64,000 bases of DNA from Burkholderiales bacterium (GCA_022841915.1 JALHQN010000004.1:280979-344978); one strand, 5' to 3'; positions 18,960 to 28,959 are shown, counted from the stretch's first letter. Program-made: numbers and translations. Notes: generated by a model from the sequence alone, not told the origin.

Positions 18960-21140
18960 ATGAGCGGCGCCGGCGAGCCCGCTCCGAGGGGCGTCTACCA
19001 GCATCACGAACTCGAGCGTCTCTTCAATCCGCGCTCGGTCGCGGTCTACGGCGCTTCGGCCAACCCGCAGGCCTTCGGGGCACGCACCATCGCCAACATG
19101 GCGAAGTACCGGGGGCGGATCCTGCGCATCAACCCGCGCTACGAGCAGCTCGGTGACGAGCCCTGCTATCCCTCGGTCTCGGCGCTGCCGGAAGTGCCCG
19201 ATTGCGCCTTGCTGTCCGTGCCGCGCGAGAGCATCGAAGCCGCGCTGATGGACTGTGCGAACAAGGGCGTCGGCGGGGCGGTGGTGTTCGCCTCCGGCTA
19301 CGCCGAGACCGGGCACCCGGAGCACGCGGTGGCGCAAGCGCGCCTGACGGCCATCGCGCGCGAAACCGGCATCAAGATCATCGGCCCGAACTGCCTGGGC
19401 TTCGTCAACTTTCCGCTCACCGCGATGATGTCGTTCGCCGCGGCCGAGATGGAGGTCGATGCGCCGCGCGGGCCCGGGATAGGCATCGTCAGCCAGTCGG
19501 GCGCGCTCGGGTTCGCGCTCGGGCAGGCCGAGCGTCGCGGCATGAATCTTAGTCACGTGCTGACTTTCGGCAACGGCGCGGACGTGAACATCGCCGACGA
19601 GATCGCCTTTCTGGCGGGGGACCCTGCCTGTGCCGTCATCGCCTGCCTGTTCGAGGGCATGCCTCACCCGCTGCAGCTGCTTGAAGCCGGCGAGCTTGCG
19701 TGGAAAGCTGGCAAGCCGGTGATCATATGCAAATTGGGTCAGGGCAAGGAAGCCGCCACGGCAGCGCTGTCCCATACCGGGTCGCTTGCCGGTTCGACCG
19801 AGGCCTACATGGCCTTGTTCAGGCGTGCCAGATTCGTCGTCGTGCCCGCGATCGAGGACGTGATGCAGACCGCCGCGTTCTTCGGCAAAGTGGGGCGGCC
19901 GAAGTCGCGCGGTGTTGCCGTCGTCGGCGCATCGGGGGGCGCGCTCATCGCGGCCACGGATGCGGCGGAGGTGCATGGCGTCGCCATGCCGCAGCTGCCC
20001 GAGGCCATGACGCAGCGGTTGCGTCCCTATGTGCCCGAGTTCGGCGCGCTGCGCAATCCCTGCGATCTGACGGCGATGTTCACCAAGGATCACACCATCG
20101 CCGGCAAGGCGGTCGAAGCCATGCTCGACGGCGACACCTTCGGCGCCATTGTCGTGCCGCATACGACGCTGAGCCAGGGGAGCGTGCACCGTGCCAAGGG
20201 CATGGCGGAAGTCGGGCAGCGGCAGGGCAAGCCTGTGTGTTTTTCCTATGCGAGCGGATGGATCGGCGGGCCGAGCACGATCGAGTCGGAGTCGAATCCG
20301 AATTTGCAGTGTTTTCAGTCGATCGACCGCTGCTTTGCGACCTTGGCGGCGTGGCATCGTCGTGAAGACCGCCTGATCGCCGAAGCGCGTGACGGGCCGC
20401 GCAAGCTCGTGCGCACAGCACCCGCCCAAGCGGCGGCGGAAGCTGCCCGGCTCATTGCCGCCTCGCCCAATGCGACGCTCACCGAGCGCGAGGCCAAGCA
20501 GGTGCTTGCGTGCTACGGCGTGCCGGTGGTGCAAGAGCGCCTGGTGCAGTCCGCCGCAACAGCCGGTGCGGCTGCGCTCAACGTGGGATTCCCGGTTGCG
20601 CTCAAGCTCGAATCGCCCGATGTGCCGCACAAGACCGAGGCCGGGGTGATTCGATTGAATCTGAGCACGCGGGCTCAGGTCGAAGCGGCCTATGCGGAAA
20701 TCATGACCAATGCCGGGAAGATCTCGCCGGCGCCTTCGATCAACGGCGTGCTGGTGCAGCCCATGGTGCCGGCCGGTGTCGAGATCATGGTCGGCGCGCG
20801 CATCGATCCGATGTTCGGTCCGCTGCTCGTGGTGGGCTTGGGCGGGATTTATGTCGAACTGTTGCAGGACACGGCGCTGGAGCTCGCGCCGATCACGCAC
20901 GCCGAAGCGAGCGCGATGCTGCAGCGTTTGGAGGGCAAGGCGTTGTTGGAAGGCTTCCGAGGAAGCGAGCCCGTGGCTCTCGATGCACTTGCGGATGTCA
21001 TCGTGCGCTTGTCCGAGTTCGCTTCCGATCAGTGCGCGCGGGTGAGCGAGCTGGATGTGAATCCTCTGATCTGCGCCGGCAGCCGGGTGATCGCCGTGGA
21101 TGCGCTCATCGTACGCGCTGCGTCCGAGCGTCCTGAGTAA
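18960..21140 (+). CDS. ADP-forming acyl-CoA synthetase-family protein (CoA-binding + ATP-grasp, acetate--CoA ligase family)
   Basis: 726 aa with an N-terminal CoA-binding domain (LFNPRSVAVYGAS...IIGPNCLGF), a C-terminal ATP-grasp segment (EAKQVLACYGVPV...VALKLESPDVPHKTEAGVI), and tight coupling to the crotonase gene. Confidence 0.85.
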   Translation: MSGAGEPAPRGVYQHHELERLFNPRSVAVYGASANPQAFGARTIANMAKYRGRILRINPRYEQLGDEPCYPSVSALPEVPDCALLSVPRESIEAALMDCANKGVGGAVVFASGYAETGHPEHAVAQARLTAIARETGIKIIGPNCLGFVNFPLTAMMSFAAAEMEVDAPRGPGIGIVSQSGALGFALGQAERRGMNLSHVLTFGNGADVNIADEIAFLAGDPACAVIACLFEGMPHPLQLLEAGELAWKAGKPVIICKLGQGKEAATAALSHTGSLAGSTEAYMALFRRARFVVVPAIEDVMQTAAFFGKVGRPKSRGVAVVGASGGALIAATDAAEVHGVAMPQLPEAMTQRLRPYVPEFGALRNPCDLTAMFTKDHTIAGKAVEAMLDGDTFGAIVVPHTTLSQGSVHRAKGMAEVGQRQGKPVCFSYASGWIGGPSTIESESNPNLQCFQSIDRCFATLAAWHRREDRLIAEARDGPRKLVRTAPAQAAAEAARLIAASPNATLTEREAKQVLACYGVPVVQERLVQSAATAGAAALNVGFPVALKLESPDVPHKTEAGVIRLNLSTRAQVEAAYAEIMTNAGKISPAPSINGVLVQPMVPAGVEIMVGARIDPMFGPLLVVGLGGIYVELLQDTALELAPITHAEASAMLQRLEGKALLEGFRGSEPVALDALADVIVRLSEFASDQCARVSELDVNPLICAGSRVIAVDALIVRAASERPE

Positions 21141-21195
21141 GGCCCGCGTCCTGCGGGCTGATCGGCGGGATGCCGATCAGCGGGTAACTTGCGCC

Positions 21196-22479
21196 TTACC
21201 GCAGTGCGCTCGCCGCCCAATCCGCACACTGCAGCACCCGCGCATCGTCGTCGTAAGCGCCGACGAACTGCACGCCCAGCGGCAAGCCCTTGGCGCCGCA
21301 CCCGGCGGGGATCGTGACACAGGGCAGACCGAGCAGCGTCCAGTTGCGGTTGAAGAGGGAGTCGCCCGTGCGCTCGATGCCAGGCGGCGCTTCGTCGGGC
21401 GCGCTCGGGGTGAGCAGGACGTCGAAGCCGGCGAAGGCATCGGCGAATCGCGCGCGGCTCGAGCGAGCATGTTGCATCGCCTCGGCGTAATCTTCGCGCG
21501 GGATCAGGATGCTCTTGGGCAGCGTCGTGCGCATGTGCTCGCTCAGCAACTGCGGATGGTTGTCGTACTCCCAGGCGAGCGCGCGCGCGGCTTCGAAGTC
21601 CGCGATGAGCCGCTGGGTGTCGTACAGGCGATCGAAGCCCTCGGGCAGGGTGAAGTCGCGTACCTCGGCGCCTTTCTTGGCGAGTGTGGCGGCGGTCTGT
21701 TCCAGCAATCCCTGCGTGGCGGCAGAGGCTTGATCCCAGCGCGACGTCCGGCAAAAGCCGATGCGCGGCGCACGCGCCTGCTTGGCGGAGAAGTCGGGCA
21801 GCGGTCGCGACGTCAACGCGTGAACGAGCAGCGCGCAGTCTTCCACGGAGCGTGCCATGACGCCGATCGTGTCGAGCGACTCGGCCAGATGCTTCATGCC
21901 GGCGCCATTGATCGTCCCGAAACTGGGCTTGTAGCCGACCACGCCGCAATAGGCCGCGGGTCGTATGGTCGAGCCTCCGGTCTGGGTGCCGAAGCCCAGC
22001 GGGGTCATGAAGTCGGCGACCGCCGCGCCCGAGCCGCTGGAGGAGCCGCCCGGTGTGTGCGCGAGATTGTGCGGATTGCGCGTCGGCCCCGGCATGCGTG
22101 AGGCGAATTCCGTGGTGACCGTCTTGCCGAGGATGATGCCGCCAGCGCGCTTGACCAGCGCCACGCACGAGGCGTCGGCCTTGGGACGGAAGCCGCGATA
22201 GATTGCCGAGTTGTACTGCGTCGGCATGTCCCCTGTATCGATGACGTCCTTGACGCCCACGGGGGCGCCCGCGAGCAGCAGCCCGCTCGCGCCTCGTTTG
22301 TCGACCGCCCGTGCTTGCGCGAGGGCTGCCTCGGCGTCGAAATGCGCCCAGGCCTGCACTTGCGGCTCGCGCTGCGCGATGCGTTCGATGTGCGCTGCGA
22401 CGACGGCTTCGGCCGTGATCTTGCCGGCTTGGATCTGGCGGACGATTTCGCTGGCGGAAAGACGATGGAGGTCGGTCAT
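21196..22479 (-). CDS. Amidase (amidase-signature family)
   Basis: 427 aa with the GGSSSGSGAAVA signature and conserved K (GVKDVID). It is divergent from a TctC gene. Confidence 0.9.
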   Translation of the reverse strand: MTDLHRLSASEIVRQIQAGKITAEAVVAAHIERIAQREPQVQAWAHFDAEAALAQARAVDKRGASGLLLAGAPVGVKDVIDTGDMPTQYNSAIYRGFRPKADASCVALVKRAGGIILGKTVTTEFASRMPGPTRNPHNLAHTPGGSSSGSGAAVADFMTPLGFGTQTGGSTIRPAAYCGVVGYKPSFGTINGAGMKHLAESLDTIGVMARSVEDCALLVHALTSRPLPDFSAKQARAPRIGFCRTSRWDQASAATQGLLEQTAATLAKKGAEVRDFTLPEGFDRLYDTQRLIADFEAARALAWEYDNHPQLLSEHMRTTLPKSILIPREDYAEAMQHARSSRARFADAFAGFDVLLTPSAPDEAPPGIERTGDSLFNRNWTLLGLPCVTIPAGCGAKGLPLGVQFVGAYDDDARVLQCADWAASALR

Positions 22480-22632
22480 GCGGTCACTCGAAAAGTAATG
22501 GGGGGCGAGCAGGGTGGCGTGGAACTTGCGAACGCCACGCCTGCGCGTTCAGTTTAGCAAAGCCTGCGCGCGGCTGAGGCACAATGGAGTTCGTGTGCAG
22601 TAAGACATGTTTCTACGAATGAAGGAGAAGCG

Positions 22633-23628
22633 ATGAAAGCAGGATGCAAGCGTTGGGGGCTGTGCGCGGCGATGGTGTCGGCGGTGGCGTGTTGGGTCGC
22701 GCCTGCTTCGGCGCAGAACGCAGCCGCCAATTTTCCGGAGCGGCCTGTGCGGCTGATCGATCCTTATGCGCCCGGCGGCGGTTCGGGGCTCATCGCCCGG
22801 CTGCTGAGCGACCGGCTGTCCCCGATCTGGGGCAAGCAGATCGTGGTCGACAACCGGCCAGGCGCGGCGGGCGCCATCGGCACGGAAATGGCGGTGAGGG
22901 CAGCGCCCGACGGGCATACGCTCGTCATGGGAACGAGCGGCTCGATCGCCATCAACCCCAGCATTTATCCCAAGCTTCCCTACGATCCGGTGCGGGACCT
23001 GGTCGCCATCACCCAGACGAGCGAGCAGTTGAGCGCGGTGGTGCTCAATCCCGCAGTGCCCGCGAACACGGTGAAGGAATTGATCGCCCTCGCCAACGCC
23101 CAGCCGGGCAAGCTCAATTTCTCGTCGGCCGCCCATGGCAGCACCGGGCATCTCTCGGGGGAACTGTTCAAGCAACTTGCCAAGGTGAACATGACCCACG
23201 TGCCCTACAAGGGCAGCGGTCCGGCGGCGCTGGCAGTGATCGCGGGGGAGGTTCAACTCATGATCAGCAACGTGCTGACGGTCCTGCCGCACATCAATTC
23301 GGGCAAGATGAAAGCCATCGCGGTGACGAGCCGGGAGCGCAGCAGCGCGCTGCCCAATTTGCCCACCGTTGCCGAGGCGGGCGTGCCGGGCTACGAGGCG
23401 ATGGGATGGAACGGCGTGTTCGCGCCGATCAAGACGCCGCGCGCCATCGTGGAGAAGCTGAACGCAGACATCGTCCGGGTGCTCAACATGCCCGACGTGA
23501 AAGAGCGCTTGGCGACCATGGGCTCGACGCCGGTCGGCGGCACGCCCGAGCAGTTCGGCGCCTATGTGAAGAACGAGATTGCCCGCTGGGGGCGGGTGAT
23601 TCGGGAGAACAATATCCGAGTCGAGTAG
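22633..23628 (+). CDS. Bug/TctC-family substrate-binding protein (copy 3)
   Basis: 331 aa with a signal peptide, FPERPVRLIDPYAPGGGSG, and YKGSGPA. Confidence 0.9.
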   Translation: MKAGCKRWGLCAAMVSAVACWVAPASAQNAAANFPERPVRLIDPYAPGGGSGLIARLLSDRLSPIWGKQIVVDNRPGAAGAIGTEMAVRAAPDGHTLVMGTSGSIAINPSIYPKLPYDPVRDLVAITQTSEQLSAVVLNPAVPANTVKELIALANAQPGKLNFSSAAHGSTGHLSGELFKQLAKVNMTHVPYKGSGPAALAVIAGEVQLMISNVLTVLPHINSGKMKAIAVTSRERSSALPNLPTVAEAGVPGYEAMGWNGVFAPIKTPRAIVEKLNADIVRVLNMPDVKERLATMGSTPVGGTPEQFGAYVKNEIARWGRVIRENNIRVE

Positions 23629-23639
23629 AGCATGGAGGT

Positions 23640-23668
23640 GTCGGCTCTCCGATCCGCGGAGAGCCGAC
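23640..23668. terminator. 11-bp GC-rich hairpin between convergent genes (no clear U-tract)
   Basis: GTCGGCTCTCC-GATCCGC-GGAGAGCCGAC, located between the stop at 23628 (+) and the stop at 23684 (-). Confidence 0.4.
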
Positions 23669-23683
23669 GGCGCGAGCGCGGTT

Positions 23684-24565
23684 TCAGCCCTTGTTGGCCA
23701 GCGTCGATTTGCCGAGCGACCTCGGATCGCGCGGCCGCCAGGCCTTGGTGTCGACCAAGGTCAGGAAATCCACGAGCGCGCGATTGAACAGATCCGGCTC
23801 TTCGATGTTCACCGCGTGCCCGGTGGCCGGGACGATCAGCAGGTTCGAAGTCATGCAGTGGCGCTTGATGAAGATGCCCGGCTCCAGACAGTTGTCGTCC
23901 TCGTCGCCGCTGACGACCAGCATCGGCACCTTGCACTTGGCGAGCCCCGACTTCAGATCGTATACGGTGGGGCGTTTGGCCTGCACGCCGCGCAGCGTAT
24001 TGGCCGAGCCGAGGGCGGAATGGCTGGCGAACATCTCGGCGAACTCGGCGAATCCGCGCGGGTCGTGATTGAGGTACTGCACGCGGGCCGGTCCGACGGC
24101 ATAATCCTTGACGCCTTTGGCCATGCCCAGATCGTCCAGACGCTTGGCTTGAGCCTCGGTGTCGCGCAGGAACTGCTCGCGCTTGTCGGGATCGGAGCCG
24201 AAGCCCACGCCGACGATAGTCGACGACAGTGCCCGCTTGGGGTAGCGCAAAGCGAAGTGCAGCGCGGCGTAGCCGCCCATGGAGCAGCCGACGATGTGCG
24301 CCTTGTCGATTTTCAGCGCGTCCATGATGCCGGCGATGTCGTCGACGTGAATGTCCTGCGAATACTTCGATGCGGATTTAGGCACGTCCGAGGGAGGATA
24401 GCCGCGCGCGTTGTAGGTGACGCAGCGATAGCGGCGCGAGAGCGCGCGCACCTGCGGCTCCCAGCTGCGGCTGTCGCCGGCAAACTCGTGCACGAAGACG
24501 ATCGGTGTGCCGCTGCCGGTGCTCTCGTAGCAGAGTCTGGTTCCATTGATCTTCGCGAACGGCAT
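23684..24565 (-). CDS. Alpha/beta-fold hydrolase
   Basis: ATG at 24565 after AAGGAG. 293 aa with an oxyanion-hole-type segment (VFVHEFAG), the nucleophile elbow GCSMGG, and a C-terminal His (TGHAVN). Confidence 0.85.
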   Translation of the reverse strand: MPFAKINGTRLCYESTGSGTPIVFVHEFAGDSRSWEPQVRALSRRYRCVTYNARGYPPSDVPKSASKYSQDIHVDDIAGIMDALKIDKAHIVGCSMGGYAALHFALRYPKRALSSTIVGVGFGSDPDKREQFLRDTEAQAKRLDDLGMAKGVKDYAVGPARVQYLNHDPRGFAEFAEMFASHSALGSANTLRGVQAKRPTVYDLKSGLAKCKVPMLVVSGDEDDNCLEPGIFIKRHCMTSNLLIVPATGHAVNIEEPDLFNRALVDFLTLVDTKAWRPRDPRSLGKSTLANKG

Positions 24566-24669
24566 GGTTTCTCCTTGATTGGTCGGGGTAAGGCCGATGG
24601 CGCATTCCTTCCATGGGCGGTGCGCATTGTCGCCGGTCAGCGCTTCCCCGTCACTGTTCGAGTCTGGGT

Positions 24670-26637
24670 CTAGCTTGCGCGGAAGGCATCCCACTTCTGG
24701 CCGGCAACGCTCACCACGCGCTCGATGTCCTCCGCGAGCAGATACCGCTGCTCGACCAGCGCCTCGGCGGCGGCGCGCACTCGCGTGAGGTAGTCCGCCT
24801 TCGAGGCATAGCGCTCGTCGATCGATGGCCGCGGATCGCCGGTCGATGCGCGTTCGGCCCGGGTACGCGGGAATACGAGGGTGGTGCCGAAGAGCGGCGC
24901 ACCCGAGGTCATGAGACCGCCTTGGCCCATGGAGTCGTGCCGCACGTTCCAGCCGGTGTAGGTGGCGAGCGGCACGCTGATGTCGGGCAGGCGAATGCCG
25001 GCGACATCGTTGCAGTCTGCATCCATGGTCGAGACGACGATGGGATAGGTGCCGCTTTCGAGCGGCGGGTACTTCACGATGCCCCGCTCGGCATCCGGAC
25101 CGAAGTCCAGGCGCAGACGCTGCGGCAGGTGGCTCAGCCAGGCCGATCCGGGCAGGCGCGTGTATTGCTCCCGCAAGGATTCGCGGCTGACGGCGGTGGC
25201 ATCGTCGATGCGCGGCACGCGGCTCGCAGGCGGCTCGACGCCTTCGCGCACCCACAGATCCAGCGCGGTCAGCAGGGCCCGCATGGCCGGTCTGTAGTCG
25301 AGAGTATTGAGCGGCTGCCTGGCCTGGAAGCCATCCGGATTGCGATCGGACAGCGGCAGCGCGCCGACGCCATGCTGCGCGCCCGTCAGGTAATAGACTC
25401 GGACGTCGGCCGGCGGGTCGAAATCCCGGCCCGCATCGACCGTCATGTGGCTCAGCGCGGCGCCGCTCCACCAGTATTCCATGCCCGAGTTGCTGTGGAT
25501 GATCTTGGGCACCGATCCGTTCGCCCGCGAGCGATCGAGCAGGCCTCGATTCTGGTTCAGCGTCGGTTCGGGCGTGGCTTCGAATGCGAAGGGATACGTG
25601 TTTCCCGGCGCACGCAGGATGTTGGTGCTGGGTTGGCCGAAGCGGATGTTGAACTCGCCCCGGCGGGAACTGCCCACGTGCGGCATCATGCCGTCGAATG
25701 CGATGCGCCCCGACTCGTCGCGATTGAGCCCGAAATAAAGGAATTCACGCAGCCAGCGCCCGTTCATACTCTGACCCCAGGCGTAGGCGTAGTCGATCAT
25801 GCCGGCGAGCGGATTACCGTCGGCGGCACTGCCGTGCTTGAGGAAACTGGTTGCATCGCGGAAAGCGAGATAGCCCAGACCCACGATCGGCGCCCCGATC
25901 GCGGTGTAGGTGATTTCGTAAACCTTGCCCGCTTCGAATCCGCTTTCGATGTAGACGTAGTCGGCGTTGGCCACGGGTTTGCCGTCGACGGATTTGGCGA
26001 AGCGCCACCGGCTGCGCGGAATCGGGGTCGGCTCGCCGTCCTGGTGCTCGCGCACGGTAAGCACGGCGTTTTGATCGTCGATGTCCGCCGTCGGATAAGG
26101 CTGGTGACCTGCATCCGAGAGCAGCTGGTGCGGGCCGTTCTTGTTCGGCCACCACTGCACGAAATTCTGGCCGGTCAGTCGTCGACCGTCCTTCATGGCC
26201 TCGGGGAACCAGGCGCGCATGCGCTCGGGGAGTTCCGGCGTGTCCCACTGGATGCCGACACAAAGCACGCTGTAGCCGTGACGAAACAGGAAACCGTTGC
26301 CGGGATCGATGTCCGGATTGCCGTCGGCGCGGCGCGCGATGCTGTTGAACATCGGCATCACCGTCATGTTGCCGCGGTTCACCGAGTCGACCAGGACCCT
26401 CCCGCGGGGTTTGGGGCCCACGGGCTTGAGCAAATGGAATTCGGCTCGGTACTCGACCTGCCCTTGGGCATTCGTGGGCGCGAGGTCGAGGTCGCAGATC
26501 ACCGCGTGGTCCGGGTGCTTGGGATCGGAGGCGAAATGCAGGATGCCCTCGAGGTGCTCGTAGGCGCCGGCATCGCCGAAGGCCTTTCCACCGGCCAGAG
26601 GGCCACGGTTCTTGATCTCGATACGGGTGACGGGCAT
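24670..26637 (-). CDS. Large conserved hypothetical protein (possibly alpha/beta-hydrolase-domain-containing)
   Basis: ATG at 26637 after GGAGGAA. 655 aa with coding-like composition throughout. I only vaguely recall relatives annotated as alpha/beta hydrolase domain proteins, and I cannot point to a catalytic motif. Confidence 0.55.
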   Translation of the reverse strand: MPVTRIEIKNRGPLAGGKAFGDAGAYEHLEGILHFASDPKHPDHAVICDLDLAPTNAQGQVEYRAEFHLLKPVGPKPRGRVLVDSVNRGNMTVMPMFNSIARRADGNPDIDPGNGFLFRHGYSVLCVGIQWDTPELPERMRAWFPEAMKDGRRLTGQNFVQWWPNKNGPHQLLSDAGHQPYPTADIDDQNAVLTVREHQDGEPTPIPRSRWRFAKSVDGKPVANADYVYIESGFEAGKVYEITYTAIGAPIVGLGYLAFRDATSFLKHGSAADGNPLAGMIDYAYAWGQSMNGRWLREFLYFGLNRDESGRIAFDGMMPHVGSSRRGEFNIRFGQPSTNILRAPGNTYPFAFEATPEPTLNQNRGLLDRSRANGSVPKIIHSNSGMEYWWSGAALSHMTVDAGRDFDPPADVRVYYLTGAQHGVGALPLSDRNPDGFQARQPLNTLDYRPAMRALLTALDLWVREGVEPPASRVPRIDDATAVSRESLREQYTRLPGSAWLSHLPQRLRLDFGPDAERGIVKYPPLESGTYPIVVSTMDADCNDVAGIRLPDISVPLATYTGWNVRHDSMGQGGLMTSGAPLFGTTLVFPRTRAERASTGDPRPSIDERYASKADYLTRVRAAAEALVEQRYLLAEDIERVVSVAGQKWDAFRAS

Positions 26638-26934
26638 GGCATTCCTCCGGGGCGCTGGGTTCGTAGGGGCGTGAGCGACGCGGCAGTTTACGTCTATCCC
26701 TTCCGATCGCATATGCCGCCGCGGGTCCGCGCACGGGACGCGCTGAAACGTCGACCGCAAGAATGCTGCGGCCAGGACGGGCTCGGCGTTAGAATCCCGC
26801 CACGGCGCATGCCTTCCAGGAGGCGTACCGCGCGCGTCCGGACGCGGCGCAGCGCAGCGCCTCGAATCCCACCCGCCATGTGAGCTGCCTGTCCGGACCG
26901 AGGGCTGGCTGCGCTTCAACCCGAGCTTCATGCA

Positions 26935-28251
26935 ATGAGCCCATCTGTCGCTTCCTCCGTTCTGTCTTCTGCGACGCCGCGCCCTGCCCGAGCCTGTGGC
27001 GTCGACTTCGGCACATCCAACTCCACCGTCGGCTGGTGGGGGGCGGACGGCGTCCAGTTGCTGCCCCTCGAAGAGGGGCGCAGCCTCCTGCCCAGCGTGG
27101 TCTTCTTCAATTTCGACGAAGAATGCACGCGGGTCGGCCAGGCTGCACTCGCCGACTACCTGGCAGGCTACGAGGGACGGCTCATGCGCTCGCTCAAAAG
27201 CCTGCTCGGCAGCCGCCTGCTCGACGGTCAGACCGAGGTGCACGGGCGCATCGTCGCCTTCAGGGACTTGTTGTCCAGGTTCATCGCGCAGTTGCGCCTT
27301 CGCGCCGAGACCGGGGCCGGACGCGCTTTCGACACGGCGGTGTTCGGACGTCCGGTGCGATTCGTCGACGACGACGAGGCGGCCGATCGGGAGGCGCAGG
27401 ATACGCTGGAGCAGATCGCCCGCGCCGCCGGGTTTCGCGAGCTGAGCTTCGAACTCGAGCCGATCGCAGCGGCCTATCATCATGAACGCACCCTGACCCG
27501 CGAGACGCTCGTTCTCGTCGCAGACATCGGCGGCGGCACCTCGGACTTCTCGCTGCTGCGGCTCGGTCCCGAGCGGGCGACGAAGGACGAGCGCATCAGC
27601 GATGTGCTCGGATGTGCCGGGGTGCACATCGGTGGTACGGACTTCGATCGCCAGTTGAGCCTCGCGGGCGTCATGCCGCTGTTCGGTCTCGGCGCCCGGT
27701 TGCGCAGCGGCCGCGAAATGCCGAGCGGCGTGTACTTCGATCTGGCCACCTGGCACACGATCAATCGCGCCTATACGCGACAAACCCTGATGGCCTTGAA
27801 AGACCTCGGCCCGGACATCGCGGATGCCCGCAAGCACGCGCGCCTGTTGCGTCTCATCGAGCGTCGCGACGGACATCGACTCGCTCTCGATGTCGAAGCG
27901 GCCAAGATCGCGCTTTCGCAGTCGAACGAGTACGGTCTTTCCCTGGGGCGGTTCGAGCCCGATCTGGTCTGCACGCTTTCGCGAGGAGATTTCGCTGCGG
28001 CCGGTGCGCAACTGGTCGCCCGCATCGGGGATGCCGTCGACGAATTGCTGCGCTCCGCGGGTGTGCCGAGTGCTCGGGTCGAGAGCATCTATCTCACCGG
28101 CGGCGGCAGTTCGATGCCGGCGCTCAGAGAGTGCATTGCCGCGCGCCTGCCCGAGGCAGGCATCGCGGTAGGCGACACCTTCGGCAGCATAGGCTCGGGA
28201 TTGGCTGTGGCCGCGGCTCGTCGGTACGGATACGAGCCCGCGCGTTCGTAG
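26935..28251 (+). CDS. Hsp70-family ATPase, YegD-like (no substrate-binding domain)
   Basis: 438 aa with actin-fold phosphate motifs (GVDFGTSNSTVG, VADIGGGTSDFS, IYLTGGGSSMP). It is too short for DnaK. Confidence 0.85.
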   Translation: MSPSVASSVLSSATPRPARACGVDFGTSNSTVGWWGADGVQLLPLEEGRSLLPSVVFFNFDEECTRVGQAALADYLAGYEGRLMRSLKSLLGSRLLDGQTEVHGRIVAFRDLLSRFIAQLRLRAETGAGRAFDTAVFGRPVRFVDDDEAADREAQDTLEQIARAAGFRELSFELEPIAAAYHHERTLTRETLVLVADIGGGTSDFSLLRLGPERATKDERISDVLGCAGVHIGGTDFDRQLSLAGVMPLFGLGARLRSGREMPSGVYFDLATWHTINRAYTRQTLMALKDLGPDIADARKHARLLRLIERRDGHRLALDVEAAKIALSQSNEYGLSLGRFEPDLVCTLSRGDFAAAGAQLVARIGDAVDELLRSAGVPSARVESIYLTGGGSSMPALRECIAARLPEAGIAVGDTFGSIGSGLAVAAARRYGYEPARS

Positions 28252-28266
28252 TCCGTCCGCGCCCGA

Positions 28267-28821
28267 TCATTCGTAGAGAGGCATCGCGACCTCGTCCGGA
28301 GTAAGCGAGCCCAGCACGCGCTCGCTGGCCAACGCGTACCCACCGTCGGCGAACACGCGCTCGCTTCGCAGCAGGACGGTTCGAGCGGTCACGGCGTCAT
28401 GCGCTCGCACCAGACAGCGTTCGATCTCGAATGCGCCGGCCGCCTCGACACATCGAACCGCCGGCAGGGACAGGCGTCGGGCGACTTCGCCGCTCACTTC
28501 GCCCGGCTGGCGGGCATCGATGCCCGCCACCACGAGGTCGAGGATGGCCTGCTGCTTGTCGAAGAGGAAGTGCGATCGTGGCGACGTGAACAGGCGCACG
28601 AACGCCAGGGCCTCCTCTTTCGAGCGCACCGCGCGGGTGATCCGGGAGAGATCGCTAGGCCCTGCAATGTGGGTAGTCGAGGCGGCCGCGACGGCATAGA
28701 GCGTCATAAATGCCTCGACAGGCTCTCCCAGATCCCCCGCGCACCCGGGGATCAGGCGGCAATCGCCGATATCGAACGGGACCAGGATCTCGCGCGTCTC
28801 GAACAGCGTCACCGGTTCCAT
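28267..28821 (-). CDS. Hypothetical protein (partner of the Cys-rich HExxH protein)
   Basis: 184 aa from MEPVTLFE with coding-like GC3. It lies 138 nt downstream of, and co-directional with, 28960-29748. No family recognised. Confidence 0.5.
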   Translation of the reverse strand: MEPVTLFETREILVPFDIGDCRLIPGCAGDLGEPVEAFMTLYAVAAASTTHIAGPSDLSRITRAVRSKEEALAFVRLFTSPRSHFLFDKQQAILDLVVAGIDARQPGEVSGEVARRLSLPAVRCVEAAGAFEIERCLVRAHDAVTARTVLLRSERVFADGGYALASERVLGSLTPDEVAMPLYE

Positions 28822-28959
28822 GCAACCTCCGTCTTGGCGGATGAGCGGTCTGACCTTGCCCGGGTCGCGGCCGGCACGCAATTCATCGCGTCAGGGTTGG
28901 CCCCGCGTCGTCGAGTGGAGTGCGGCCGACCTGGCAGTCGCGACCTGCGCGCCGTACGA

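Noticed and set aside
26638-28011. The upstream part of the 1113-aa minus-strand ORF (24670-28011) could suggest a giant protein.
   Set aside because: The part upstream of ATG 26637 is antisense to the well-supported YegD-like Hsp70 gene, is Arg/Ala/Gly/Pro-rich with no motifs, and lacks an RBS. Long antisense ORFs like this are typical of GC-rich DNA. A strong SD precedes the internal ATG at 26637.
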